Origin: Pseudomonadota bacterium
GTDB taxonomy: Bacteria > Pseudomonadota > Gammaproteobacteria > Pseudomonadales > Azotimanducaceae
DNA: 46,524 nucleotides
Assembly (NCBI GenBank): GCA_036161055.1
Contig: JAYYDI010000155.1
Location: 1-46,524, forward strand
Direction of reading: 5' to 3'
Shown here: in pieces, positions 1 to 9,658 of the stretch
How positions within the stretch are numbered: position 1 is the stretch's first letter
How the letters are laid out: each line of letters opens with the position of its first letter
The notes under the pieces: model-generated
Databases searched by the model: none
Told to the model about the DNA's origin: nothing
What the model saw: the letters and a program-made list of their open reading frames with translations, nothing else
Translations under genes and position numbers: made by a program

Positions 1-339
1 AGAAAGTATTCTTAAATGCTTCTGCGCGAAAGTAAAATCGCGTTCGTTATAAGATTGGACATTTAGTCCTTGGTAAACGTCTCCTTTAAATGCAAGAATC
101 GCCTGCTTTCGATGTTTTTGGCTGCCACCTCGAACATTAAAATTCCGATATCGCTCAACGTTGAGATTGGCAAGGTTTGCGCTAATTCCCATTAACTTTG
201 AAATATCCTCTGGGCTTTTTTCTTGCATTTTTCTCACTAGTTTATTTGCGTTTCCCGAAAAAATTGGTTTGGACGCTTTATCAGTTTTCGGCTTGGTCTC
301 GAAGTCTAGAGTTTTTGCGGGCGAGAGTAATATGAGCAT
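1..339 (-). CDS. yaaA: Peroxide stress protein YaaA (DUF328/UPF0246). This is the N-terminal 113 codons; the 3' end lies beyond the window start.
   Basis: The frame runs off the window edge, so it is absent from the ORF track. My reverse translation from the ATG at 337-339 gives MLILLSPAKTLDFETKP...RKQAILAFKGDVYQGLNVQSYNERDFTFAQKHLRILS. This matches the SPAKTLD N-terminus and the AILAFKGDVY / FAQ.HLR.LS blocks recalled from E. coli YaaA. Confidence 0.85.
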   Translation of the reverse strand, partial: MLILLSPAKTLDFETKPKTDKASKPIFSGNANKLVRKMQEKSPEDISKLMGISANLANLNVERYRNFNVRGGSQKHRKQAILAFKGDVYQGLNVQSYNERDFTFAQKHLRILS

Positions 340-628
340 ATTTCTATTTTGTTTGAACTTGCAAACAGGATACTAAATTTAGATCGTTGAGGAAACATCG
401 TTCCTTTCCAGTCTTAACGAATTTATCTTGTAATCTTTAGTAAAAGAGGTTTTTTGAGTTAATATTTGAGTGAGCTTTATTTTGTGCATCTGGCTTAGAT
501 AGCCATATAATCAAAGTCTGAAAAAATAGAAAATCATTTGTCTTGGCCATTTTCCTTGAACATGTCCCGTTTCTGGGTTTAAAAGTTAGAGTCTAATTAA
601 ATGTAAATGAGTTAAGCGGAGAACGTAA

Positions 629-1573
629 ATGAACCAAAAAATTACTGCGCTACTATCTTTGATCGCATCGCTATCTCTATGCGCTGTAACAAAAGCAAGT
701 GTTCCCCCTGTGGCAAAACTGGTAGAGCCCGAAGGGAATGTTGAGTATAGGAGAGGATCCTCAGATTGGAAGATAGTGAAAAGAACAAAATATCTGTTTG
801 AAGGATACGGCGTGAGAACAGGTAAAGGAGGGAGTGTCCGGCTTGTAAGTCAAGTAAACGGAGATTCGCGACAACTCGAGGGCGAGTCAGAGATACAAAT
901 TTCTAATTCAGAGATAAGCATCATATCTGGTGAGTTGTCTGAATCGATTTCCGGCGATGCAAGTTTTTATCAAAGCTTAAATAATAAATTCGCAAAAGCC
1001 CAACGATACACAACGGTCAGGCGAAGTGCTGGCATTGGTGAAACAGACGGTTGCGATAGCAAAGTGCGAACAATTCGAAAGGTTTCAATTTCCAGTGCCT
1101 ACCCAGACCTTGTCTGGAGAAATGCTTGTCCTGAGTATTCGTACAGGCTTGTCATTGATAATGGATCCCCGATTGAGGTTTCTGCTCAATCGACTTCTGA
1201 AATGATCCGTTACGATGTCTCTCAAGCAACTCCAGGCGATCACACATTCAGAGTTGAGGTTTTGGATAATGATGGAATAATTTATATTCCAAAAAAAGAT
1301 AGTGTTTTTTCGGTTTTGACTGCTGATCAAGAAAGAGTTGTCCTAGACGAGCTTGAAAAGGTCGGAGACGACGTGATACTTGGTGCCAACGCGTTGGAGC
1401 AGAAGGGTCTTATTGTCGCTATGATGGATATTTTTAGGAAACATTTTGCTGAAAATCCTGATGACAATGGCCTGAGACCTCTCTTAATTCAGGCTTATCA
1501 GGATCTTAAGCTGAGCAACCTGCGTGAAAGAGAAGCTAGACTTTATAATGCCTCTCTAAATGAAGATTCCTAG
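629..1573 (+). CDS. Secreted FecR-domain-like protein, probable sensory partner of the downstream CHASE2 cyclase
   Basis: There is a signal peptide (ALLSLIASLSLCAVTKA). The block EGNVEYRRGSSDWKIVKRTKYLFEGYGVRTGKGGSVRLV follows the FecR-domain pattern. The gene lies 48 nt upstream of a CHASE2 cyclase on the same strand. The C-terminal half is not recognised. Confidence 0.6.
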   Translation: MNQKITALLSLIASLSLCAVTKASVPPVAKLVEPEGNVEYRRGSSDWKIVKRTKYLFEGYGVRTGKGGSVRLVSQVNGDSRQLEGESEIQISNSEISIISGELSESISGDASFYQSLNNKFAKAQRYTTVRRSAGIGETDGCDSKVRTIRKVSISSAYPDLVWRNACPEYSYRLVIDNGSPIEVSAQSTSEMIRYDVSQATPGDHTFRVEVLDNDGIIYIPKKDSVFSVLTADQERVVLDELEKVGDDVILGANALEQKGLIVAMMDIFRKHFAENPDDNGLRPLLIQAYQDLKLSNLREREARLYNASLNEDS

Positions 1574-1621
1574 TTAAAGATTAGGATCTAGGTTTGACGA
1601 GATTAAAAAAGGAATCTCGAG

Positions 1622-3688
1622 ATGGGAACTATAAAAGAAAAATATGATTTGCTTGCAGTGATTCTTCTGTTTGCATTGGCCGCCTTTTTCGAGTTCAGGG
1701 AGAATTTCTCGTTGATAGAAGACGAGACCCTTTCTTACCGTCAAATTCTAAGAACTCACCTTGGGGACTCGAGAATTACTGAGCCGGCAAGAGACGTGGT
1801 TATTGTGTACACGGATGAAGAATTTTACTCAGAATATGACATGTATCCACTGCGGAGAACGGACCTGGCAAAGATGATTGACCGGTTGAAACAAATGGGC
1901 TCCAGCGTCATTGGCGTCGACATGTTGTTAGATTTTAAGAGTGCATACGGAGAAGATCCTGTTTTGGAGAGCTCTTTGAAGAGGGCAGGCAATGTGGTTA
2001 TGGTTTCTCAGGCTGAGTTTTCGGGTTCAAAATATCTCGGGCTTAACCAACCAATTGAAAGGTTCGCTAAAGTTTCAGAGAATGGGTACTCCAATATTAG
2101 TCCAGCGAGCGTCATATCCGAAAGCATAACAAGGCTTCGAATTCATGAGGAGGTGCAGAAAAAATCGGGAGCCTGGCCATTTGCGGTAAAAGCGGCCTCA
2201 ATGCACCTGAAAAGTAAGCCCATACTGGAGGATAATCAACTTCGGATAGGATCCGATACAGTGGTCCAGGTAGATCAATTCAATGAACTTTATATCGAGT
2301 ATCCTTTGCTTCCCGCTCAAGGAGGGAAGGTAGCTCGCTTGCATGATATTATTGGTGTTTCGGCTTTAGACATACTCTTCTCTGATGAAGACGAGCTCAT
2401 GGATTTAGCTTTTCTCTTTGATAATAAAATTGCGTTGATTGGAGAAGTCGCCGAAGTCGCTCACGACGAGTTCGAAACCCCAGTTGGAAATGTCTACGGA
2501 GTTGAGATAATAGCCAATACCATCAATACTATCTTGAACTCGGGCACCCTGGAAGCAGCGTCATTTTATCTTGAGGCCTTAGTCCTGATGTGCCTCGCAG
2601 CCTTTTTTTTGCTGAGCCGGTTACTGCAGAATCCTTTTTCGCGAAACTCGATTAATATTCTGATTATAACCGCTCATGTTATTTTCTGCACAATCCTATA
2701 TGTCTATTTTGGTCTAATCTTGTCTATGAGTTACGCCTTAATTGCTTCGCTCTTCGCTATCATTGTAATCAACGCAAAATTTTACCTCTCCGAAATGGGT
2801 CAAAAAACCATGATTCGGGATATGTTCGGCCAGTATCTTTCACCCAAGGTTGTCGAAGAATTGGTGGATGACCCGGCTAAGGTCAGGTTAGGGGGAGAGG
2901 AGAGAGAGATGACCGCTTATTTTTCGGATATCGCTGGCTTTTCCTCTATATCCGAGAAGCTGACTCCATCTCAATTGGTGCAAGCGCTGAATGAATATCT
3001 CACTGAGATGTGTAACATAATAGTTAGCCATGACGGAACAGTGGACAAATATGAAGGTGATGCAATCATCTCATTTTGGGGAGCTCCAACTGTACAAAAA
3101 GATCATGCGCGTCTTGCATGTCATGCGAGTATAGAGATGAGCAAAAGAATCATTGAGCTAGAGGATACTTGGGCTGCGGCGGGGATCCCTGATTTAAAGG
3201 TCAGAATGGGCCTTAATTCTGGACCAATGGTGGTTGGGAATATGGGCTCTGCTCAAAGAATGAATTACACCATTATGGGGGATGCTGTGAATCTCGCAGC
3301 GCGATTAGAGGGGGCGAACAAAGCGTATGGCTCTTGTATGATGATTTCTGACCGAACGTACCAAGCGTGTAAAGACCATATTGATGTAAGAGAGCTTGAC
3401 ACAATAAGAGTCGTTGGGAAAAAAGAGGCGGTGACCGTTTATGAGTTGCTTGACAAGAAAAACGAGACACCGTCTATTCTGAGTGAACTTGTCCTACGGT
3501 TTAACGATGCGTTAGCAAAATACAAGGACAAAGATTTTCTTGCGGCAAAAGACCTCTTCGACAATTGTCTAAACATCATTGCTTCTGACGGCCCCAGTCA
3601 AATTTACTCCGAACGTTGTGCTCTTTACCTTGAGCGGCCGCCTCCCCCTGATTGGGATAGAGTTTTTACCTTGACAGAAAAGGGCTGA
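1622..3688 (+). CDS. CHASE2-domain membrane adenylate/guanylate cyclase (class III)
   Basis: An N-terminal TM helix and a large extracytoplasmic region are followed by a cluster of TM helices (aa ~310-390). Class III cyclase motifs then follow: FSDIAGFSSISE, YEGDAIISFWGAP, GLNSGPMVVGNMGS and YTIMGDAVNLAARLEG. Confidence 0.9.
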   Translation: MGTIKEKYDLLAVILLFALAAFFEFRENFSLIEDETLSYRQILRTHLGDSRITEPARDVVIVYTDEEFYSEYDMYPLRRTDLAKMIDRLKQMGSSVIGVDMLLDFKSAYGEDPVLESSLKRAGNVVMVSQAEFSGSKYLGLNQPIERFAKVSENGYSNISPASVISESITRLRIHEEVQKKSGAWPFAVKAASMHLKSKPILEDNQLRIGSDTVVQVDQFNELYIEYPLLPAQGGKVARLHDIIGVSALDILFSDEDELMDLAFLFDNKIALIGEVAEVAHDEFETPVGNVYGVEIIANTINTILNSGTLEAASFYLEALVLMCLAAFFLLSRLLQNPFSRNSINILIITAHVIFCTILYVYFGLILSMSYALIASLFAIIVINAKFYLSEMGQKTMIRDMFGQYLSPKVVEELVDDPAKVRLGGEEREMTAYFSDIAGFSSISEKLTPSQLVQALNEYLTEMCNIIVSHDGTVDKYEGDAIISFWGAPTVQKDHARLACHASIEMSKRIIELEDTWAAAGIPDLKVRMGLNSGPMVVGNMGSAQRMNYTIMGDAVNLAARLEGANKAYGSCMMISDRTYQACKDHIDVRELDTIRVVGKKEAVTVYELLDKKNETPSILSELVLRFNDALAKYKDKDFLAAKDLFDNCLNIIASDGPSQIYSERCALYLERPPPPDWDRVFTLTEKG

Positions 3689-3691
3689 GAG

Positions 3692-4033
3692 ATGTCGGTA
3701 AAAAACGACATAGAAACCAAACTCGCTAGAGCGTTTGATTTGGATTATCTAGAGGTAGTCAACGAAAGCCGTTTTCATAATGTTCCGGAGAATTCTGAGA
3801 CACATTTTAAAGTAATCTTGATATCCCCCCAATTTGAAGGCCTTCGCTTAGTCCAGCGGCATCGTGCTGTTAACAAAGCTCTAACTGAGGAACTCAATGG
3901 CCCAGTCCATGCTTTAGCGATACATACCCATACCTCAGAAGAGTGGTTATTAAAGAATAAAGAAATTTCTGACTCTCCTGCCTGTCTTGGTGGGAAAGCG
4001 TCCGAGAACAATTCATTTAAGTGGAGGAGTTAG
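3692..4033 (+). CDS. bolA: BolA family transcriptional regulator / morphoprotein
   Basis: It aligns by eye to E. coli BolA: LEVVNESRFHNVPENSETHFKVILISPQFEG, RHR, VHALAIHTHT..EW and C-terminal SPAC. It starts 3 nt after the cyclase stop codon. Confidence 0.9.
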   Translation: MSVKNDIETKLARAFDLDYLEVVNESRFHNVPENSETHFKVILISPQFEGLRLVQRHRAVNKALTEELNGPVHALAIHTHTSEEWLLKNKEISDSPACLGGKASENNSFKWRS

Positions 4034-4057
4034 AGCGTTTCTATTGAGAGGTCCTGG

Positions 4058-4777
4058 TTGGTCTTAGAAAAAACTGCACCGCCACAGTTTTTGATCGCTT
4101 TAAATCTTGGCAAAAGCTTAATCCCGGTCAAAGTCTCTCGGGCTGCGAGAAAATCTATGGTGCTCGCTTTAGGTCCTGAAGGATCCCCAGAGTTAAAAAT
4201 TCCGAAGCACTGTTCACTGGAAGAAGCCCATAGGTTTCTTGAGAAAAATCAAGATTGGTTAGTGGAACGGCTTCGGCAAAACTTTCTCCAATCAAACAGG
4301 GAAAATAAGTATGTCGATTGCGGAAGAGTTCGTTTTTTAGGCAAGCTTTATCAATTAAGGTTGGTAGATTCGAGGCAGGTTTTTCGAATTTCTGGTGATA
4401 TCCTTTTTCTAAAACGTCCGAGTAAAGAGTGCTCGGCCAAAATTGAACGGGTGGTTGTTAAATGGTATCGAGACGAAATGGAATTACTTATCCCGGAAAG
4501 GATTGAACGGATCAACCAGTATTTCGACGACCCAATCGCTCCTCGATCTGTAAAGTATAGGAAGATGAAAAGCTCGTATGGGAATTGTTCTAAGTCGGGA
4601 GTGATTACGCTGAATGTTATGTTAATGAAAACTCAGCTCGAGAACATAGATTATGTTATTGCTCACGAGCTTTGTCATCTAAGATGCTGGCCTCACGATT
4701 TTGAGTTTTACTCATGTTTAAACTCCGTTATGGCTGACTGGAAAGCCAGAGCGCGCAGCCTAGAGAAAGACTTTTAG
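4058..4777 (+). CDS. YgjP/DUF45-type M48-like metal-dependent hydrolase
   Basis: An HExxH motif (IAHELCHLRCWPH) lies near the C-terminus. The ~240 aa size and the N-terminal VKVSRAARKSMVL block are typical of DUF45/YgjP proteins. The TTG start follows the ORF track. Confidence 0.75.
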   Translation: MVLEKTAPPQFLIALNLGKSLIPVKVSRAARKSMVLALGPEGSPELKIPKHCSLEEAHRFLEKNQDWLVERLRQNFLQSNRENKYVDCGRVRFLGKLYQLRLVDSRQVFRISGDILFLKRPSKECSAKIERVVVKWYRDEMELLIPERIERINQYFDDPIAPRSVKYRKMKSSYGNCSKSGVITLNVMLMKTQLENIDYVIAHELCHLRCWPHDFEFYSCLNSVMADWKARARSLEKDF

Positions 4778-5382
4778 ATCAGGTCAGTGAGGACGGCATA
4801 GACCTTTTCAAAGATCACGATTTGTCCTTTTTCGTTGGGGTGGATTCCATCGGCCTGCAATAATGTTTTATCCGTTAACGTTCCCTTTAGTTGAATTGGT
4901 ATAAATTGCAATTCGTATTTAGAAGCTAGCTTAGAGAAGATAGCGCTGAATGCGGAACTGTAACGAACTCCATAGTTTGGAGGGATAATCATTCCCATAA
5001 GCACTACCTGAATGTTTTGGGCTAGACAGGTCGTAATGATTGTTTCTAAATTTGAGGAAATATCTGAGATTGGGTATCCACGCAGCCCATCGTTGCCTCC
5101 CAATTCTAAAATCAGAGTTTTTGGGTTGTGCTTACTGAGTATTTTGTCGATTCTTACTGCGCCGCCCTTTGATGTTTCTCCCGATACGCTCGCATTGATT
5201 ATTGTAACATCTTCCGTATTATCTGCTAACCGCTTGCGGAGAATATTGACCCATCCTTTCGAACTATCGATACCATATGCCGCGCTTATACTGTCGCCAT
5301 ATACTACTATCGTATTGTTTTGGGATGATGCGTGGTATGGAACGCTTAATATCAAGAGAAAAAAAGTGATACGTAAAATCAT
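4774..5382 (-). CDS. tesA: SGNH/GDSL arylesterase, acyl-CoA thioesterase I / lysophospholipase L1
   Basis: There is a signal peptide and the SGNH blocks VVYGDSISAAYG, LELGGNDGLRG and ADGIHPNEKG. It is divergent from the ybbA-ybbP genes, as in E. coli. Confidence 0.85.
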   Translation of the reverse strand: MILRITFFLLILSVPYHASSQNNTIVVYGDSISAAYGIDSSKGWVNILRKRLADNTEDVTIINASVSGETSKGGAVRIDKILSKHNPKTLILELGGNDGLRGYPISDISSNLETIITTCLAQNIQVVLMGMIIPPNYGVRYSSAFSAIFSKLASKYELQFIPIQLKGTLTDKTLLQADGIHPNEKGQIVIFEKVYAVLTDLI

Positions 5383-6034
5383 TGAAGCAAAGGGCCTTGA
5401 GAAAACTGTTCAGTTGAATGAACACGAACTAACCATCTTGAAAGGAATTAACTTAGATATCAACTACTCTGAATCGTTCGCTATTGTGGGTACCTCTGGA
5501 TCTGGAAAAACTACACTCCTGAGCCTGTTAGCGGGACTTGATCTCCCGACCAAAGGAGAGATTTGGATTAACGGGTCTGAAATAACTCGTTTGAGTGAAG
5601 AGCAGAGAGCCAATTTGCGCCTCAATCATGTGAGCTTTGTCTTCCAAGGGTTCCAACTTTTGGCAAACTTGACAGCTTTAGAAAATGTAATGCTTCCGTC
5701 TGAACTCAGAGGTGATAAGGATGCAGAGGATAGGGCTTTGAAACTTTTAGATCGCGTTGAGTTGTCGAACAGAGTGCATCACCAACCTAATCAGCTCTCT
5801 GGGGGAGAGCAACAGAGGGTTGCAATTGCACGGGCCTTTGCTTCCTCGGCAGATATTCTTTTTGCCGACGAGCCGACAGGAAATCTGGATTCAGCGACAG
5901 GTGGAAGGGTAATTGACATTATGTTCGAGTTGAATAGGGAATTAGGTACCACTCTTGTTCTGGTTACTCATGATCAAATGCTTTCCAAGTATTGTGACCG
6001 AAGTTTACGGCTCGAATCCGGGATAGCGCTGTGA
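5366..6034 (+). CDS. ybbA: ABC transporter ATP-binding protein YbbA-like
   Basis: Motifs present are Walker A GTSGSGKTT, signature LSGGEQQRVAIARA and Walker B ILFADEPTGNLD. The ORF-track start (5012) is antisense to tesA. An in-frame GTG at 5366 gives (M)IRKIIEAKGLEK, which matches the N-terminal length of E. coli YbbA. Confidence 0.85.
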   Translation: MIRKIIEAKGLEKTVQLNEHELTILKGINLDINYSESFAIVGTSGSGKTTLLSLLAGLDLPTKGEIWINGSEITRLSEEQRANLRLNHVSFVFQGFQLLANLTALENVMLPSELRGDKDAEDRALKLLDRVELSNRVHHQPNQLSGGEQQRVAIARAFASSADILFADEPTGNLDSATGGRVIDIMFELNRELGTTLVLVTHDQMLSKYCDRSLRLESGIAL

Positions 6035-6067
6035 TGAAATTTTCATAAAACAGATAGTGGGTATTTT

Positions 6068-8569
6068 TTGTTTAATCTAAAAGGGATTTTCCGTTTCGTT
6101 CAAAAGGATTTCGTTAGTGGCGAGCTCAATTTACTTTTGGTGTCGCTTGTGATTTCGGTGGCAGCGGTATCAACCATTACTCTTTTTTCAGACCGTCTTC
6201 AGCAGGCTTTATTGATTGAATCCTCTTCTCTCTTAGCGGCTGATCTTGCTATTTCCTCTGATGAACCTATAAATGATAAAGGAGTACTCCCTCAAGTTTC
6301 ATCAGTGCCTGGTCTCATGACTTCAAGAACCGCTAGTTTCCTAACGATGATGTTTTTCGGGGAGGAGGCACAATTGGTGTCTGTTAAAGCTGTGGACGAA
6401 GCCTATCCTCTTAGAGGAGTTCTCCTGTCGGGAAATAAACCTTTTGGAGACGCTGAGAAAGCAAGATCAGTGCCCCGACCTGGTGAGATCTGGCTGGAAA
6501 GCCGCTTGTTTCCCTCGCTCGATATAAGTATCGGTCGTTCGGTCGAGATCGGGTCGGCAGCGCTAACGGTATCAAAGGTTTTAGTTCGCCAGCCAGATAG
6601 CTTTGGTGGCTTTGAGAGTGCTGCCCCAAGAGTTTTAATCAACGTGGCTGATCTTGATCGTACAGAGGTCCTTCAACCAGGTAGCAGAGTAAACTTCCGG
6701 TATCTTGTCGCCGGAGATCCCAAGGTAATTAAAAAAATTCAACAAGACCTCAACCGAGATCTTCCCGAACCCATGCGAGTTATAACTCCAAAAAATGCCT
6801 CTGAGACTTTAGGCGAAGCGATTGGCAGGGGCGAAAGAATTCTTTTGTTAGGAAGCTTGTTGACCGTTATTCTATGCGGGATTGCCACTTCCTTTTCTGC
6901 AAAGAGATATGTTGATAGACATTTAGACCATATTGCAATTTTGAAGACCCTAGGAGCATCGCCAGCGTTTGTTAAAAAAATCTTTCTCATTCAGTTTTCA
7001 CTGTTTTCAGTTTTAGTTGGTCTTTTAGGCTGCGGTCTCGGTTATGGAGTACAAGAAATGATTTTCAGCTCCTTGAGGCCGCTATTCAATTTTTCTCTGC
7101 CTCAACCTGGACCCGAGCCGATTTTCGTTGGATTCTTCATGAGCTTTTTTTGTCTTTTTAGTTTCGCGTTTTTTCCTATTCTAGCCTTAGCTAATGCTCA
7201 GCCAATGCGCGTGTTGCGGAAAAGCAATGAGCTGTATCGGAATGATTATCGAACCTATGTCCTTGGAGCGACCGGTATCTTAATCCTGTTGGTCTTATTT
7301 TCCTTGGATCTACTATTAACACTCGTTCTTTTTTTTGGGGTGTTGATTACTTCGATTGTTTTCTTTTTGGTCGTCTTGCTGATGATCAAAGGTATGAGCA
7401 GGTTGGGTGCCCGTGCAGGAAGCATATGGCGACTTTCTTTGAGTGGGCTGAAAAAGAGGGCAGTTCAAAGCAGCGCGCAAGTCCTTGTTTTTGGTCTGGC
7501 GATTATGATGTTTTTAGTCCTATTTATCCTCAGAACAACGTTGATCGAAGATTGGCAGAGGAATATTCCGGATGATGCCCCAAATCATTTTGTGATAAAT
7601 GTGTCTATTGAAGAGATCGATCAAGTTCAAAGAAGGTTGGATAATCTCTCGATAGAACCAAGAGAGTTTTTTCCGATGATCCGCGGCCTAATTACACATT
7701 TAAATGATCAGTCCGTGACTAAGGATGAAAACGGTACTCAGTCCAACTCGTCAACAGGCGCCAGGATGCGCGAGGCACGTAACCTAACGTGGACCAGCGC
7801 GCTTCCTGCAGGGAATTTGGTTGTTGATGGGGAATGGTGGCCAGGCGATTATAATGGACCCCCACTCTTGTCGGTAGAGGAAGAGTTTGCCGAGCGAAAC
7901 AATTTGAAGGTCAAAGATAAAGTAACCGTGCTAATTCAGGGCAGCTCGGTGAATGCCCAAATCTCAAGCATCAGATCCGTTGATTGGGACAACTTCCAAC
8001 CGAATTTCTTTCTTATTTTCTCCCCAGGTTCTCTGAACGAATTTTCCTCTACCTATATGACGAGTTTTTTTCTCAAGCAAAATCAGAAGTTATTGCTCAA
8101 TTCTTTGCTTAGGGATTTTCCGTCCCTGACGATCTTGGAGTTGGACAAAATAATAGAGACGATAAAACTAATAATCAGATACATCGTTTTTGCTGTCCAG
8201 AGTTTATTAATTCTTATGCTTTTAGCCGCGGCTGCTGTTTTAGTTTCGAGCCTTTACGCTTCAATGGATGAGAGGCTCAGACAGCACTCGCTAATAAGAG
8301 CCTTTGGCGCAAGTCGACAACAAATTTTAGGCAGCCTTTTCATTGAATTTTTAATGATAGGCTTTTTATCGGGGGTTACTGCCTGCGTTGGCGCAGAAAT
8401 CATAGTCCTGAGCTTAGATGCAACAATTTTTGAAATCAATCATCAACCAAATTACGAACTACTGGTATGGGTTCCTTTACAGAGCTCTTTGCTAGTTTCC
8501 TTTTTGGGGATGATCTTTGTCCGACAGATTATCTTTCTACCTCCCTCTGAGGTGCTTCGGGAGTACTAG
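6068..8569 (+). CDS. ybbP: FtsX-like ABC transporter permease YbbP-like
   Basis: It is 833 aa with two polytopic FtsX-type modules (about aa 250-440 and 700-833) separated by a large soluble loop. It lies directly downstream of ybbA. The N-terminus resembles the start of E. coli YbbP. Confidence 0.8.
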   Translation: MFNLKGIFRFVQKDFVSGELNLLLVSLVISVAAVSTITLFSDRLQQALLIESSSLLAADLAISSDEPINDKGVLPQVSSVPGLMTSRTASFLTMMFFGEEAQLVSVKAVDEAYPLRGVLLSGNKPFGDAEKARSVPRPGEIWLESRLFPSLDISIGRSVEIGSAALTVSKVLVRQPDSFGGFESAAPRVLINVADLDRTEVLQPGSRVNFRYLVAGDPKVIKKIQQDLNRDLPEPMRVITPKNASETLGEAIGRGERILLLGSLLTVILCGIATSFSAKRYVDRHLDHIAILKTLGASPAFVKKIFLIQFSLFSVLVGLLGCGLGYGVQEMIFSSLRPLFNFSLPQPGPEPIFVGFFMSFFCLFSFAFFPILALANAQPMRVLRKSNELYRNDYRTYVLGATGILILLVLFSLDLLLTLVLFFGVLITSIVFFLVVLLMIKGMSRLGARAGSIWRLSLSGLKKRAVQSSAQVLVFGLAIMMFLVLFILRTTLIEDWQRNIPDDAPNHFVINVSIEEIDQVQRRLDNLSIEPREFFPMIRGLITHLNDQSVTKDENGTQSNSSTGARMREARNLTWTSALPAGNLVVDGEWWPGDYNGPPLLSVEEEFAERNNLKVKDKVTVLIQGSSVNAQISSIRSVDWDNFQPNFFLIFSPGSLNEFSSTYMTSFFLKQNQKLLLNSLLRDFPSLTILELDKIIETIKLIIRYIVFAVQSLLILMLLAAAAVLVSSLYASMDERLRQHSLIRAFGASRQQILGSLFIEFLMIGFLSGVTACVGAEIIVLSLDATIFEINHQPNYELLVWVPLQSSLLVSFLGMIFVRQIIFLPPSEVLREY

Positions 8570-8590
8570 TTTGTTTAAAAGAACTTTAAA

Positions 8591-9658
8591 TTATTCCTTA
8601 TACCAAGTGCCGTCGATATTTTTTCTCATCCATAATTGTGAATACCAGAAATAACGATTTTTATTTCGTAGAGTGCAGTTGTAACGAGATCTACCTACGG
8701 GCAACTCCTGCTTTGGTTTTATCGAAATCTCGGTGCTAGAAATTTTACTAACCTCCATTAAACCACCCGGTCCAAAGCAGTTTACTCGCTCTAGCCGTAG
8801 CGTAGGATCCGTGAATTTAAGTTTCAGAGAAGGCCTTAAATTTTCTCCGACTAGAGGTGGCTGATACCTTGTTTCGAGGGGCATTGCCAAACTTCCTAGT
8901 TTATCGGCCAGGGCATCCACTCCAGTATAAACGCCGGCAAGTGGGAAACGCGGTAGTATTAAGGGATCTGATGCTGGGCCTATGGCTCCGCTATGTTGAC
9001 CAAAGCCCATCATCCCTAACTTTCCGACTATGTTCCGTACCTTCTCATTATATTCTCCGTAAGGGTAGGCAAAAATTTGGGAATTGTGTCCCTTTTCGTT
9101 AAGTATTTCTCTTGCCGTAATTATTTCCGATTCAACTCGGGCCAGCCAATCTCCTTCAGTCTCGTTGGGTCCAAGTCGGACCAAATGACCGTGCGAATGA
9201 GTATGATTGCCGATCGTTGCCCCATTGCGTTCCAGGTAATCCAGATCTTCCCAGCTAAGATAGCTTTTGCTTATCCCTACGAACTTTGTCGACACAAAAA
9301 TGGTGAATGGCCAACCTCTTTTCTTTAAAAGGGGAAAAGCGTTGGTTAGTATGTTCTTGTAGCCGTCATCAAAAGTTATAGATAGCTTTTTATCCAAACT
9401 AAAAGATTTCAGAGATGTTTGCGTCAGCATTTCGAGAGGAACAACCTCGTAACCGTTCTCTTCAATTGTCTCTAGATGGCGCTCAAACTGAGCTATTGTT
9501 ATGCTCGTTACGACTGGAGTATCGTCAGCGACATGATGGTAAAGGAGAACTACCCCGCTGAAAGATGGTAGCGGGAAAATTAAAAGTACGATTAGCAAAA
9601 GCATCTTGAAAAAATCCGAAAAATAAAATCCGAGAGGGATCCGAAAAGATATAGACAT
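8591..9658 (-). CDS. Polysaccharide deacetylase (NodB/PgaB-like) family protein, exported
   Basis: Motifs present are [15 protein letters not shown] and NHTHSHGH. A signal-like hydrophobic N-terminus follows the internal Met. I prefer ATG 9658 (MSISFRIPL...) over ORF-track 9799, whose extension would run antisense into ttcA. Confidence 0.75.
   Translation of the reverse strand: MSISFRIPLGFYFSDFFKMLLLIVLLIFPLPSFSGVVLLYHHVADDTPVVTSITIAQFERHLETIEENGYEVVPLEMLTQTSLKSFSLDKKLSITFDDGYKNILTNAFPLLKKRGWPFTIFVSTKFVGISKSYLSWEDLDYLERNGATIGNHTHSHGHLVRLGPNETEGDWLARVESEIITAREILNEKGHNSQIFAYPYGEYNEKVRNIVGKLGMMGFGQHSGAIGPASDPLILPRFPLAGVYTGVDALADKLGSLAMPLETRYQPPLVGENLRPSLKLKFTDPTLRLERVNCFGPGGLMEVSKISSTEISIKPKQELPVGRSRYNCTLRNKNRYFWYSQLWMRKNIDGTWYKE

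Noticed and set aside
161-376. 71-aa plus-strand ORF from the ORF track
   Set aside because: It lies antisense to the well-supported yaaA N-terminal coding region (1-339) and has a low-complexity hydrophobic translation. It is a shadow ORF.
1622-3688. Cyclase as part of a cyclic-nucleotide anti-phage system (Pycsar/CBASS-like)
   Set aside because: It is a large membrane sensor with a CHASE2 domain and a FecR-like partner. No cNMP-binding effector, TIR or pore-forming gene is adjacent. This is ordinary signal-transduction architecture.
5012-5365. N-terminal 118 codons of the ORF-track version of the ABC ATPase
   Set aside because: The extension is antisense to tesA and has no ABC-like sequence. 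An in-frame GTG at 5366 reproduces the YbbA N-terminus.
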